Source of the DNA: Octopus vulgaris
Lineage: Eukaryota
Direction of reading: 5' to 3'
DNA: 64,000 nucleotides
NCBI GenBank assembly: GCA_951406725.2
Contig: OX597822.1
Coordinates: forward strand, 14,446,001 to 14,510,000
Shown here piece by piece: positions 45,758 through 63,946 of the stretch. The position numbers were made by a program, and so were the translations under genes. Positions within the stretch are counted from its first letter, which is position 1. Each line of letters starts with the position of its first letter. Below the pieces are notes generated by a model, which was given only the letters and a program-made list of their open reading frames with translations, searched no databases and was not told the origin of the DNA.

Positions 45758-45805
<48 letters not shown>

Positions 45806-45994
45806 TGTTTTTTTGTAGTATATCGTCCCTCTTTCGGGAAGAAGTCGGTCCATCTTGAAAATGGTTAGTCTGCACCAGATATATAACTCTCCAATATACG
45901 TCGTTTGGCACGATGGGACCTCTACGCCCCCGTAAAGAGTTTGAGGTCCCGAGGCAAGGAAAGCAAGTAGGGATGCAAGCAGGCAGAACCCTCA

Positions 45995-46185
45995 AAGCAT
46001 CGGGGGGATAATGCCTTACGGTTTTTAGTTACCGTTCATTACATTCTGGGTTCAAATCCCGCCAAGTTCAGCTTGCTTCTTATCCCTCTGTCCCTGTTTG
46101 ATAAATTAAAAAGTCAACAAAGCACTGGAGTTGATAGTATTTACTAGGCCCTCCCCTCAAAATTATTGGCCTTCTGCCTCAATCT
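45995..46185 (+). mobile_element. Decayed family-B SINE
   Basis: TACATTCTGGGTTCAAATCCCGCC; GCACTGGAGTTGAT; CCCCTCAAAATT..TGGCCTT. Confidence 0.6.
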
Positions 46186-46937
46186 GAGTGTGTAAGAAAT
46201 TTCGTTGTTAAAGATGACATGCAGCAGTCTGTTCTGTTATGTCAACCTTGTTTATGTGCTCCATTGCTATTCCCTAAAAAGGGCTTTTAATGATTTTATT
46301 GAATTTTCATCATATCTCTTGGGATCAGGGTCCCTTGTATTTCTATGTTCTAATATAATTTCTTCGGTTGGACTTCCTTTTAATTCGCGGACAATATGCT
46401 TACCCCATGTTTTTCTCTGAGGTCTTCTCATTTCACAGCAAATATAAAGAAATAAACAAAATCAACAAAGTCTTGAGGTGATGGAATCGGTAAGGAATCC
46501 TCATAGACTGTAACTATAGTTTTAGAATATTTGGAAAAAGAAAACAACAACAAAAATATATGCAAACAATAACTTTGTTATACTGTTTTCTTTTAAACGT
46601 TTATTAAAAATACAATTCACTATGGTGCACTCAACCAGTTACTACAAATTAGGAGTTCAGAAGATTGAGCAACAGAAATAATTATCGTCGAAACAGACGG
46701 ATGATCCAATTAATTACTAAAGATCTATTGTGTATAATCCTGTATGTGTGTGTGTGTGATTGTTAGTTAAGGAGTTGGTTATGCTAGTCATTAGTTCCCT
46801 TATCCGCTTCACAAGATCTGTTTCAGACCGAAACGTTATTGCAATATGTTGCTGTTGATTATTTTTTTTCAATAATTAATAATGAATATTACATACATAC
46901 ATACATACATATATCTATGTGTATGTGTGTGTGCGTG

Positions 46938-46968
<31 letters not shown>

Positions 46969-47476
46969 GTATATACACACACACACACACAGATGTAAGT
47001 GTCTTTGTCCTTCTTTAATCTTTAAGAAGGCAACCCTTCATTCAGCCGTGAATAATCCCAAATTAAAGACAGAACCTAGCAGTTGTTTTGTTGATCTTCA
47101 TCTACACTTCACCCTTGACTAATTTACACATTTGATCAAACGTATTCCAAGCGTGACCATTCCGCGTTTTTCTTATGCGCATATTTTTAGACCAGACAAA
47201 TTTGTTCTTGTATTTATACTAAGATTGTAGAGTAGAATCCAAGGGATATTTCGCTGTTATTTCTGGCCGGTCAAGCGAGCACCTAGAAGCTTCCTCGTAT
47301 ATATTTACGGTAGATGGACTGTGCATGTAAGTAGTTAGACAAGTGCTCTGATGATGGAGAATAAATCAAACACCAGTGATAGGAATTGAACCATCGTCCC
47401 TGACTAATGACTAGTATATTCTCTGATATTATGATTACCTCTCTCACTTATACCGCTTCATTTTTAACGCCTCTAA

Positions 47477-47543
<67 letters not shown>

Positions 47544-47570
47544 GATCTATCTATCTGTCTATCTAAGCAA

Positions 47571-47682
<112 letters not shown>

Positions 47683-47741
47683 GACAGACAGATAGATAGA
47701 TATATAGATCGATCGATAGATAGATAGATAGACAGACAGAC

Positions 47742-47814
<73 letters not shown>

Positions 47815-47818
47815 TGTA

Positions 47819-47961
47819 CAAGGAGATGCAGAAAAGTTCCTGGCTTTGGGTAAAAGAAAATACAAGAGACAGTTTTTTTAGCCATGTAAAAGAACTCGGA
47901 AGGTTGTGCCTACAATTAGGCCTTTCACGACATCCTTAAAGCCAGTCAGCACCCCATTGCG
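47819..47961. mobile_element. Possible decayed mariner-type MITE
   Basis: TA-flanked; the left end TGCAGAAAAGTTCCTGGCTTT is partly mirrored by AAAGCCAG..TCAGCACCCC on the right. Confidence 0.4.
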
Positions 47962-48144
47962 TATATTTTCTTGTACATGTATCTTTAATTTTGTATTTTT
48001 TTTCTTGTATGTTTTTTTGTGCAGTTCTTTGTTACGTCCCTTTTTGTGTTACATTTTTTCTTGCTCGTTTACCCCTCTACGAGTTTATTTTATTTTAATT
48101 CTCTCGTAGGAAGGTCTAGCTTGACCTTACGTGTTCTGTCTTTG

Positions 48145-48186
48145 CCTTCGAAACACGTGTCTGCTAGCGACAGCTGATGAAGGGGA
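48145..48186 (+). ncRNA. Type II-topology hammerhead-like motif (related decayed copy at 43644-43689)
   Basis: CCTTC-GAAA-C(ACGT)G-TC-tgctagcgacag-CTGATGA-AGGGG: canonical core and GUC triplet, with an imperfect stem I. Confidence 0.6.
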
Positions 48187-48849
48187 TTTTTCCTTGTGCA
48201 GCATGTCCTGTACTTCGTTTTTTTGCTGCACTTAATTGTTTTTCCCGTTTTCGTTTTCGTTTCGTCTTGTTCCACGTCTCTGTCCTTCTGTTGTAACAAA
48301 ATGTCTTTTCCGTTTTCGTTCTATTGATTTTTTCGTCTTCCTGTGATGTCCTGTACGTATATATATTTATATATGCATTTATATATACATGTAGATGTCG
48401 GTACGTACATATATGTTTGTATGTATGCATATATTTTATTTATTACACTATATATATATATATATATATGTATAAATATATATATATATATAAATATACA
48501 CATACATACATATATCCACATATGTGTGTGTGTGGGGATAAATAAATAAATAGAAATAGATAATTTTGAATAGTGAATTCTATAATTGTAGGTCGTTTCT
48601 CCCCCTTTTACAGAAGATATACGTTCAAGTTCCGCAGACAACCTTCCACTTTCCAGTCGAGGTTGTTTTTTTTTTAACCCAATATCTAAGCATTATTATT
48701 TATAGCTTTATCTCCTTCGTGTTTCACCGTTATAAAACAATACACACCCACACACAAACACATATGCACTCACAGGCACAGAAATATAGACACAAACACA
48801 CACACATACATATTTCTTATACCTGCCCCCTTGCATGTGCTTTTTTCCA

Positions 48850-49150
48850 TGTTGGCCAATTTTGTGTATGGGAGATTTTGACACGGCCACCGTCATTTGT
48901 GCGTCATGGCGGGCCGTTGGTCTGGTCTCGTGGATAGAACAAGTTCCAATTTCTGTTTGGAGACATCCATGTCCACATTGTGTAGGTTTCTTAATTCTTT
49001 TGACAAATCATTGGAGAGCTGTGGGCGTTTGAACTCTAAGCTACCACAGGACCTGGTCCCCGCTCGATGAAATGGTCGTTATCTTTGTTACTAGGCGGCA
49101 TGCATGCTTTTTCTTTGAGTATTAAGTTTGTCTTAAGAGAGTTTAACCAG
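48850..49150 (-). mobile_element. Decayed 3' fragment of a CR1-like LINE ORF2
   Basis: The minus strand reads SLEFKRPQLSNDLSKELRNLHNVDMDVSKQKLELVLS..PDQ, like the FN.LP...FK.KLD C-terminus of CR1. Confidence 0.6.
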
Positions 49151-49299
49151 TCACTAACAAAGTGACTTTTTCAGTTAAGTGACTTCCCGGCGTTTGCCAG
49201 TATGTGGTTGAATTGGTGTATTGGTTGAGCTGTCGATGCACACACCCAAGTGTGTGCATCTATCCACGTAGAGAACCTCAGATGGAGATTCTTTAGAAT

Positions 49300-49790
49300 G
49301 TCTTTACTGTGCCACTAATAAGATACAATTTGCAGAATCCGCGTCAGTGTTTTCCGCTATTTCTTCGAAAAATCTAGTTTTTATGTAAATATGTACCTAC
49401 ATAATTCTATGTACCTATGATTACTGGAACAAATGAGAATTTATAGTAAGGTTACAAGAGCCGTAAGTTCCGCATTAAATCACCATAAATGTTCTCTTTT
49501 TTTTCTGGACTTTTGATTATACGTTCACGTAGGTTGGGCAGCTGACCTTTACAACAGCGCATGAATTTTGTTCCTTGTCCCACAGAACGATATCAGGTCT
49601 CTTATGTTTTGTATAGAACTGCTGCTTTTATTGGTGTGTCCCACCAGTTGTTTTTAAAGGCGTGAATACCTGCTGGTTCTAACATGCATTTGATGGAGAC
49701 GTCAGGGCAGTTCTTCCTCCGGAGAGCGTTGTAGATGGTATTTGCTACTATATCATGCTTTAGGCTCAGATAGTACCTCGTAGACATTTT
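49300..49790 (-). mobile_element. Old RLE-type (R4/Dong-related) retrotransposon fragment
   Basis: YYLSLKHDIVA...WWDTPI...HKRPDIVLWD...VSCP...KKENIY...FVPVIIG, with stops and frameshifts. Confidence 0.75.
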
Positions 49791-50126
49791 GTGTATGTAT
49801 GTATGTATGTATGTATTATGTATGTATGTTTGTATGCATGCATGCATGTATGCATGCATGCATGTATGTATGTATGTATGTATGTATGTATGTATGTATG
49901 TATGTATGTATGTATGTATGTATGTATGTATGTATGCATGCATGTATGTACAAGAACACACAGTCCTGCTCTCCTATATACTACGTTTATTAATAATATA
50001 CTATAACCATACACAGATACTTACCAAAAATATAAACACACACACACAGGCACACACGTACGCAAAAACGCATACATGCACTTCCTTACTCTACCAGTAG
50101 ACGCTTTATACACACATATTACCAGG

Positions 50127-50161
<35 letters not shown>

Positions 50162-50588
50162 TTCACACATAGCAACGTGCAGACACATTCACACACAGAG
50201 CTTGCTAGATTAAGTTTGTATCAAATCGTTCTTCCCCCTCCGTCTCAGACTCTCCCTCTTCTTACTCTCTTCCTACCCCTCTACATATCGCACACACACA
50301 CATAGACCCAAACACACTGACATGAGCACACTCTCAGTTACAAACACACAAGCACACACACACACACACACAGCCTAATATATTGTTGGATTAAACGTGG
50401 GCAAGCTGGTGTCAAACCATCTCTCCTTACTCTCCCTCTTCACTCATTCTCTCCCACCCTCCTCCTCTATCTGGTCATTCTCTCTCTCCATTCCAAAGAT
50501 CTACAATGATACTTGCATAAACACACACTACACATCTACCCAGATACACACGTGACCAAAACACACACACTCTCTCTCTCTCTGCCTC

Positions 50589-50626
<38 letters not shown>

Positions 50627-50973
50627 TTTATATATATGTATGTATATAGAATATACACATATCATACACACACATAAATATATATGTAAATACATAGAAA
50701 TAGATATATCTATGTATATAAGCTTATGATATATATTTACATATATATCTGTGTGTATGTATATATATATAACTATATATATAGATGCACACACACACAA
50801 GCGCACATACACACACGAATAGAGAGAGAGGGGGGAAGAAGAGAGAGAGGCGATTAGTAGATTGATTGTCCACGCGCGCACGCGTGTAGGTTACTGTATA
50901 TGTGTGGCTGTGTGTGTGTGTATATATATATGTACACACATATATATATATATAAGTAGATATATGCATATAT

Positions 50974-51050
<77 letters not shown>

Positions 51051-51298
51051 CATATATATATTTACTTTGAAATAAACACACACACATATATGTACAAATA
51101 TATATATATATACATACACATCTTTATATATATGTGTGTGTGTATGTGTGAATACATACATAAGACCATACATAAATGTGTGTTTGAACGCATTTGTGTG
51201 TGTGTGTGTGTGCGTGAGTATACATATATGTGAACATCTATATATATAAGCATATATATGCATATATATATATATATATACATATATATACATATATA

Positions 51299-51356
<58 letters not shown>

Positions 51357-52233
51357 TACCTACATATATATACATATACATGCACACACACACACACACA
51401 TATATATATATCTTCCTCTCTCTGTCTCTCTTTCTCTCTCTCTCTCTATATATATGTATATGTATGTATGTATGCATGAATACATACTTAAAAGCATACA
51501 TGTGTGTCTGAACGCATTTGTGTATACGTGTGTGTGTGTGTCTGAATATCACTATGCCGTCCCTCTGCCTTCTATTGTCCCTCCCTCTCGTTATCACCGT
51601 CCCTCCGACTCTCCCACTCTCTCTCTCTCTCTCTCTCTCCCACATCCCTGCACACTGTCGAGCGGTACGACAGCTTCAGGCTTCAGGAATGTTTCATCGA
51701 TCTGCTTGGTGTTTGGTGGAGAGATTGATCTGCCAATCGACAAGGAGACAACTGGTGCACACGCTTTCACAGACGTGCGCAGGACACGCATGCACAGATG
51801 CACATAGATACACAAATACAGGATCAAGCATACATACGCACACAATTATGTATGTATGTATGTGTGTGTATGTATATATATATATGTATATAAGTAGATA
51901 TATTCATGTGTGCCTGTGTGTCTATATATGTGTGTATGTATATATATACATATATATATATATATATAAATGCAATATCTATATACATATATATACATAC
52001 AGAGAAAGAGAGGGAGAGAAGGAGAAAGAGAGAAGGAGAGAAACAAATTGATAGCTAGAATGATATAGATATATACACCATAAACATATCCGTATATATG
52101 CACAAACGAAAATGGTCTAAAATATATATATTATATAATAATGCGCTCATTATTATACACAAACACACACACATACATGGCTGCAGCTCTGAGCTGAAAC
52201 TACAGAAAAAAATATATGTATATGTATATGTAG

Positions 52234-52362
<129 letters not shown>

Positions 52363-52434
52363 ATGTATATATACGTATACGTATATAAATATGTCCGCGA
52401 GAGATGCGTATGTATATTTGCGTATATGTATATG

Positions 52435-52475
<41 letters not shown>

Positions 52476-53229
52476 CTGTGTGTATATATATATTTAGTTA
52501 AGTATATTTGCCATTTAGATATGGCTAACCCCTAAGGGTTGATGCTACTGTAGCTTGTAGCCCCAGGAGGACACCTCCTCCAGCTCGCTATAGACACACT
52601 TTCTGTGCCCCATCAGTATTTACAAAGGGAAGCCATCCTTCCCATCTTCACATGGGACTCGAGTTTCTGGGTTATATTCCCGTCATCAGCGTATGGCAAT
52701 CATGGCTGTCGATGAAAAGTAGGCCTTCCTCTGCAAATATATATCCTTTTTTTCCAGTGACGTAAAGACACTGATATCGAAAAAGAGTAAACAAGCAAAA
52801 ATAATTCTCTGTTAAACAAAAGCGAAAATCTTGGATGATTCATTCAAAATCTACATCTTAATAAAACTCAAGCGATTTAATAAGAGTCAATAAGTTTTGT
52901 TGGTCTGTAGAATGGAAAATTTTGGCGCTTCTCACGAAAGCCTTTCATCAGATATCGCCTTTGCACGAAATGTTACATTTCTGTCACTCCCCACTTCATG
53001 CTTGCAGATTCTTTTGGATTTTATGACCTTTGTCACCACCGCACACCAGAATTGTCGGATTTTGAAGCTTTTTCTTAGACAATTTTCAGCCTTGATACTT
53101 GTAATAGTTTTGTACACGCTTTACATTGCTAAGAATTTAAGCAATAATCGTCACATGTTGGGCTTACCGGAAAGGGGAAACGAACTATGAAAACTATGGT
53201 AACGGAATTGAGAAAATATGCCAGATTTT

Positions 53230-53565
53230 CTGCAGTTTCCGGGTTCCTCCCACTGCGTAGCACCTTGGGCAAGTGTCTTCTACTACAGCCTCGGGTCGAC
53301 CAAAGCCTTTTGAAAGAAGCCCGTCGTATATATGTATTTATATATGTGTGTCTATGTTTGTGTGTCTGTGTTTGTCCCCCAAAAATCGCTTGACAACCGA
53401 TGCTGGTGTGTTTACGTCACCATAACTTAGCGGTTCGGCAAAAGAGACCGATAGAATAAGTACTAGGCTTACAAAAGAATAAGTCTTGGGTTCGATTTGC
53501 TCGACTAAAGGCGGTGCTCCAGCATGGCTACAGTCAAATGACTGAAACAAGTAAAAAGAGAGTAA
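53230..53565 (+). mobile_element. Family-A SINE with deletions; a minus-strand tail fragment follows at 53820-53965
   Basis: Matches the family consensus. Confidence 0.85.
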
Positions 53566-54504
53566 ATGAGTTTTGTATTTAGTTTTCAAGATTCTTTACG
53601 TGAATTCGTGCGTTGAAACATTTTATTGTAACTGGGGAGAGTCATTCTGTTTTAGTGCATTGTTATTTAATACACTCACCGGTTCGATTTCTGACAGAGT
53701 CAACGACTATTGAAAAGGTTGCCAGACGCAATGAAAATTTTAAAAATCGAAACGTTAAGTCAGTAAAATAATAAGGCACTAAAACAGAATGACTCTCCCC
53801 AGGTACTATTTCAGAGTTCAGTTCTTTACTCGCATATCTGTTTCTTGTTTTAGTCATTCAGCTGCGGCCATGCTGTGGCACCACCTTGAAGAAGTTAGTC
53901 GAACAAATTTATCCCAGGACTTATTTTCCTTAAAGTGTGGTATTTATTTCATCGGACTCTTTTCATTAACAACTTGGTGTTCACTTAGCTTATCAGGATG
54001 AGAGGATAAGTGAACACTGGCGGGAGCTCAAAGGGGAGAAAAGCTCGTCAGTGCTATTTCAACATGATAATAATTTAAAACATAGAGGCTCGACTGATAA
54101 CATAAATGTCAGGTTCTTATCGACACATAGATACGATACTCATATACGATACTCAGACAAATGACAGAGGCCATACACATAATAGAAGACATACCGAGCT
54201 TAAACAGAAAATCTGAATGGAGCAATAACACCCCACCAGTCCATCACACTATGCAACCAGACGACTAAAGACAAGAATGAATAAATAAATAAACGGACAC
54301 CGGTAGAAACAGTGCAATATATAAACCCATACACACACAATAAACAAATAGACACACATATAGATACAGACGTAAATGCATGTGCAGATAAGGATACATG
54401 CCACTGAAAGACGAAATGGAACAGACAGGACAAAACCAGAGTGAAGAGGAGACAAAGTCATCGTTGTGGTTACAAAATGCGAAAGGAAAAATCTCTAAAA
54501 AATA

Positions 54505-54788
<284 letters not shown>

Positions 54789-54824
54789 AGCTAAAGTGAA
54801 GATTAAATAAGTAGTGGTGCGTAT

Positions 54825-54862
<38 letters not shown>

Positions 54863-54870
54863 TTATATAT

Positions 54871-54902
<32 letters not shown>

Positions 54903-55204
54903 GCATACACATATATATATAAACTTAGATAAACTTAGATATGTTTCGACCAAAGACTGGTCCAGGCCATGTCTAAGTTAATAGCACCACCTGATAGGAT
55001 TATCTAAATCCTTTTTAAGTCAAGTTTTGTGGTATCATGATCCATTCGTGTAGGGAGTTCTTGTTGACTGAGTTGTATCCAGGTAGAGGTGGCTTATCTG
55101 CTATTCCTTGAAGACATTTGTTCAGTCTCCGTTTAAAGGTGATAGGACAGTTTCCCTCTTTGATCAGTTTTGGGATACATACATACATATGCATATATAT
55201 GTAT

Positions 55205-55620
55205 GCAGGAGTGGCTGTGTGGTAAGTAGCTTGCTAACCAACCACATGGTTCCGGGTTCAGTCCCACTGCGTGGCATCTTGGGCAAGTGTCTTCTGTTAT
55301 AGCTCCGGGTCGACCAATGCCTTGTGAGTGGATTTGGTAGACGGAAACTGAAAGAAGCCTGTCGTATATATGTATATATATATATATATATATAAGTGTG
55401 TGTGTATATGTTTGTGTGTCTGTGTTTGTTCCCCTAGCATTGCTTGACAACCGATGCTGGTGTGTTTACGTCCCCGTCACTTAGCGGTTCGGCAAAACAG
55501 ACCGATAGAATAAGTACTGGGCTTGCAAAGAATAAGTCCCGGGGTCGATTTGCTCGACTAAAGGCGGTGCTCCAGCATGGCCGCAGTAAAATGACTGAAA
55601 CAAGTAAAAGAGTAAAGAGT
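55205..55620 (+). mobile_element. Family-A SINE, young copy
   Basis: Matches the family consensus from head to the (AAAAGAGT)n tail. Confidence 0.92.
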
Positions 55621-55621
55621 A

Positions 55622-58496
<2,875 letters not shown>

Positions 58497-58502
58497 CATA
58501 TA

Positions 58503-58917
58503 CACAGTGCAGTAAATATATTATCTAAATTACGCAAAAGTGAAAATAACACTGACATCACATTTTAACATATTTACTAAAATTACATAAAAATACCTTA
58601 AAATACTAAAGAGTAAATTAATTCAAGAAAATCGCCATTGACTTCAGCCATAGCCTCCAGACTTTCGGGATCTCCTACAACTCTTCTGATCACTGGTGAT
58701 AACTCCAAACACCACGATGTTTACTGGATGCTTGAATTTTATCACTTTCGGTACATGTCCTCAGATTGACATCCAAACACTCTGAAATGTTCGTATTAGA
58801 GTTTCCGGCGCGAATGCCAAGCTTTACAGCATGTCATTTCTATAAAATCCAAAACAAATAATGCGCATGCGCGAAATAAAAAATATAAAATGGCGACAAT
58901 TTATCCATTGCACTCTG
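58503..58917. mobile_element. Probable Tc1/mariner-type MITE
   Basis: TA-flanked imperfect TIRs: CACAGTGCAGTAAATATATTATC versus (reverse complement) CAGAGTGCAATGGATAAATTGTC. Confidence 0.55.
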
Positions 58918-59936
58918 TATATACATACATGTATATATTTAGATATACGACATGCTTTCACGCAGTTCTCGCCGGCTATATCTACTCAGAAGGCATTGCT
59001 TAACCTGGGCATATAGTAAAATGGATTTACTCAAGGAGGCCTGAAGTAAGAAGGAACTGAACTCGAAACGATGGGATTGCAAAGCGAGTCTCTTCACCAC
59101 ACAGCCACCTAAATTACAATCATAGAACTGTTCTTGTTGCTGCTGTCGTTGTTGTTTAGATCCGGATCAAATACGAATAAAGAGAAATGTTATCAAATCT
59201 ACCCGATCCATGATTGCACGATCTGTTTTCAAACATAAAGTATGCTATCCAACCATACGGTATGCCCTATCTACCAATTATTTTAAAGGAGCCAATCACC
59301 CCTAGATCAGGTTTGGTAGGATAACTAGTTTAAGCTTTAAGTCGAAGAACAAGGAAGAAGTTAAATAAAAATTCCTTCTTTGTTAGCTTACTCATTGCAA
59401 AATTTAAAAAAGATTTTAGTTTAAGGTAATCATGTTTTGCATCATTTCATTCCTTCTTGAAATTGTCAGTATGACATAACCCGAAACAAAGTTTAATTAA
59501 ACGTTTTACGAAACGGGACATCTCTCATAGCAGTGAAATAATTACAGCTTGGAAGACATGATATTTGCTTTTTCTATTTCAGAAAAGCAGTATGAGGTTT
59601 CGGGACATTTGGCTGCAATTTCAGCAGACATATTATCGATGTAGGTGGTATAATCCCCATGTCACCTATGATGGAGTAGATTTATGATCAAAGATGATTC
59701 ATCCGTTGTTATCTCGCCTTTTTTCTTCAGGTTTAATGTGTCTTGGACTATTCTTTTCATTATCAAATGTCTATTTCTTTTTGTTATTTAAAAAATGTAT
59801 CATAAGATTTGGATGAGATTTGAAAGACACGCATTTGTATACGTTCTCTCCCTCGCATTGTTCACACAATATTTATATATGATTTGTAAATAAGTATGCA
59901 CGGACGCACATGCACAAGCGCCCACGCAGGCACTCC

Positions 59937-60007
<71 letters not shown>

Positions 60008-60297
60008 ACACACACGCACACATACACACACACACACGCACAGACACACAGAGAGTAAATCTCTTCCTCTCTTTATATTCTTGATTCTGTGCTTAGAAAA
60101 ATATTAAAATATTTAAAGTGTATCATATATATTTCTTTACACGTATGTGTGTATGTATGTGTTTATGTAAGTGTGTATGTATACGTGTATGTGTGTGCGT
60201 ATGTATGTATGTATATATGTATATATGCATACATACATACATACATACATACATACATACATACATACATACATACATACATACATACATACATACA

Positions 60298-60333
<36 letters not shown>

Positions 60334-60471
60334 TATATATACATATATTGTATAACTCTATATAATATGCATAATAAAGATATTCATTGCCAGATTTGAA
60401 GCGACAATTTTTGAATATAACTTGCAAAGCCTTTCGGGTTTGTTTATAAACATATTATTTATAAATATATA

Positions 60472-60656
<185 letters not shown>

Positions 60657-61147
60657 ATCTATGTGTGTGCATATACAGATAAGTAGAACATACACAAAAC
60701 ATGTATATATGTGTATATTTATAAATATGTTTGTATGTATATCTGTATCTACGTCTATAACTATCTATATACGTGTGTGTGTGTGTGTTTGTCTGCCTGT
60801 CTTTCTGTTTGTGTGTACATGAATGTATTCTGTCATCAGTAATTCATAAAAATAAAACTTTAGGACTTGCAATGCAATACTTTGCAGTATAAAATATATC
60901 TTTTTGCATCCCGAGTTCAAATCTCAGTTTAGTTTATATGCATGAAAACCGAAATCAGTCAGTTTGTCTCACGCAGTGGTATATTCCTAAGTGTTTTTCA
61001 CGAACCAGTTAATCAGTTTGTGATTACCTTCTCTTGTTTCGTCCTCCTGTTTGGAAAATCCTGTCCTAAGCACTGCATTCCCCACTCACCAAAAACAAAA
61101 GAACGCTCGCACACACAGAGACATATATATATATACATATATATTCA

Positions 61148-61353
61148 TATGGGTGATTTCAACTTCCCCAACGTCAAATGGCCCGAAGGTCACATACTCT
61201 CAGGAATGAATCATTGCAAGCAAGTACAGGTGGAGTCCCTGCTCAACCTCACCAATGCCTTATTCATGCCACATATTAGACGAGGTTCGTCGCAATAACA
61301 GTGTAGCACAAAACGGCGGTGCATCAGCATGGCCGAAGCTCTGAGCTGAAACT
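61148..61353 (+). mobile_element. CR1-like LINE remnant: AP-endonuclease fragment adjacent to a LINE/SINE-type 3' tail
   Basis: MGDFNFPNVKW motif, followed by GGCGGTGCATCAGCATGGCCG..GCT....GCTGAAACTAG(A)n. Confidence 0.7.
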
Positions 61354-61376
61354 AGAAAAAAAAAAAAAAAAAAATG

Positions 61377-61447
<71 letters not shown>

Positions 61448-61950
61448 ATGACAATGCAAATAATTAGAAAATGGAGAAAACCTCAGATTAACAAACATTG
61501 ATTGGACCATGTTTGTAGCTTATTTTTTAAACAAAGCATGACATGATAAATAGGTGACGTGACATATCTTACGCCCGTTTCCGACCCGTTGTAAAAATGC
61601 TGTCTGCCAATAAATGCGAGAATAATCTTTTCCATCTTCATAGGGCATTCGAATTAAGGCAACGGTTCTTCATCAGAATAAAAAAAAAACAAGAGCATAC
61701 AATATAAACAAAAGGAAGAGGGAAAAGGAAAGAAAACATGGCTTAGACAAAAAGTCTAGAAACCCAATATGTTAAAAGCAAATAATTTACCATCTTGGTG
61801 CTATGAGGTCTGTAGGTAAAAAAGCATTGGTTCCTGATAAACTCTTGTTTATCGTGTTGCTACCTGCACACCAATGTCCGAGGGATTTACCGATAGTATA
61901 TACAGATATTTTATCCCTTAGTCGGTTACTAAAACCGCTAACTCTGTTTA

Positions 61951-61990
<40 letters not shown>

Positions 61991-61993
<3 letters not shown>

Positions 61994-62110
61994 CAAGTGA
62001 TTTCTACTCTGAGCTTGGGTCGACCAAAGCCTTGTCAGTGGATTTGGTAGATGGAAACTGAAAGAAGCCCGTCGCATATATATATATATATTATTACTAT
62101 TATTATAATA

Positions 62111-62192
<82 letters not shown>

Positions 62193-62507
62193 CATTTTAA
62201 ATAGTAATAGTATGGCAACAAAAGAATGAATGAGACCGCGATATTATGGAAATAGAGGAATTTATCTGTAATATAATATGTGACAATTATCTGGTTGCCA
62301 TAATAAAACTCCGAGTTCCGGATGTCGGAGCGGAAATCTGCTCCGGCATCTCGTCATTACCCTTTGTTTAACGGTCATTTTCATAGCATTTTTGTTTGTC
62401 TTAATAATTGATCAGATACCGGAGCAGAATACTGCCCCGACATCCGAAACTCGGAGTTTTGTTATGCCAACCGAATAATTGTCACATATTATATTACAAA
62501 TTAATTC

Positions 62508-62552
<45 letters not shown>

Positions 62553-62760
62553 GGTCTGTTTGCGCGTGTAAGTGTGTATCTATGTGTATCTTTTGTGTCT
62601 GTGTTTGTTCTACACTATCGCTTTACAACTGGTGTTGGTGTGTTTACGTTCCCATACGTTAGGCATAAAGAAACATGATGGCTGAGGTTGATTCATTCAA
62701 CTAAAAATTCAGCAAAGCGGTGCTCCAGTATGGTCGCCGTCTAATGATTGAAACAAGTAA
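61991..62760 (+). mobile_element. Family-A SINE split at its internal microsatellite (head part 61991-62075, tail part ~62510-62760)
   Basis: Both halves match the consensus; an (ATT)n tract and a fold-back element lie between them. Confidence 0.8.
62210..62509 (-). mobile_element. Fold-back HHR cassette (arms 62256-62360 / 62404-62509; unpaired tail 62210-62255)
   Basis: Right arm: AATAA-TTGATCA-GATACCGGAGCAG..CTGCCCCGACATC-C-GAAA-CTCGGAG-TT-TTGTT. The left arm (minus strand) has TGACGA...GGAA and a long GC-rich stem II. Confidence 0.75.
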
Positions 62761-63946
62761 TACATATGTACATGCGTGTGTGTGTGTGTATGTGTGTGTG
62801 TACACATAAACACATGCATATTTATGTATGTATATACTTAGATATTTAGGCAAACGAACAATCTATGAGTCTAGTAATAATAACAATGTCGATACAACAT
62901 CAACAACAAAATAGTAATCACAAAACTAACTAAAAGAAGTAAAAGAATAAAAAAAAGGTCTGTGGACGGTTCTTTTGTTGCGATGATGCGACATATGCTT
63001 CAGCATGTAACATATTGCATGTGTGGCGGGACATGTAGCTGGGACGAGGAGAGCGATGTCATGGAAGGGAGGTGGTAGTGGTGGGAGTGATAATTCCAGT
63101 GAGAGTGGGAGGTAGGACTCTAGCAGTGGAGCTGGGAGCAGCGAGTGTATTCAATAAGGTTGCTGAATGTCTCGGAGTTATTGGGTAATGAAATTGTTGT
63201 TAGTGTTGTTGGAGGAGAACAACGACAATGAAAGCGATAAGGAAAAGAAAAAAAAAACAGAAAGAGAGAGAGGGAGAGAGAGATGGGAGTACTGTCCATC
63301 ATGTAGCGCATGTTTAAGTATACTTTTGCAAACAATCTATCTATAATCAAAGTTAATGTGAGTTTGTAATCCAACAATAGATTCTCAAATATCGTGTTGC
63401 CAGACGAATTCGTTCCTAGTTTTTACCGTTTAATTTAAACCTTTTTTCATCAAGAATTTTAGCAAATAAACTTAACAAATCAGCCAATAATATATTGTCC
63501 TCCATAGTTCACGACTGCTAACCATCTTCTACAAGATTCTCAAAGCCTTAGTGTTAGAAACTCAAAGGATTCATTGAGTCACGTTTTTACTCCTAAGTCG
63601 TTGTTGAACGCAGACTAATGGGGAAAAAAATTGACAGAGTCTAACAGAGAAGAAGATAAATTTATTGTTAAACACCAAAACTTATCGAGATATTTTATTA
63701 GCAACCTCAATTACGATCGGGTGAAACTGGAGGAAAAATTGCTTGAAAAATGAAAAAGTCCCTGTTACCTGGCTCTGTTTAAACTTTTCCTAAATTTCAA
63801 CAGCAACAACAACTATGCTGACCAAACTTTTACTCTCAAAAGATGATGCAACAATATAAAATGGTTGAATACTTGCAAGGATTTCAAAGAGACTGGAAGA
63901 AATCAGCGATTATTTTAGTCCAATTGCTAATTTTGTATCACACCCT

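Noticed and set aside
61787-61960. Unique-looking minus-strand ORF segment with a possible donor
   Set aside because: No convincing acceptor or homology; the ORF start comes from a SINE and a TA tract.
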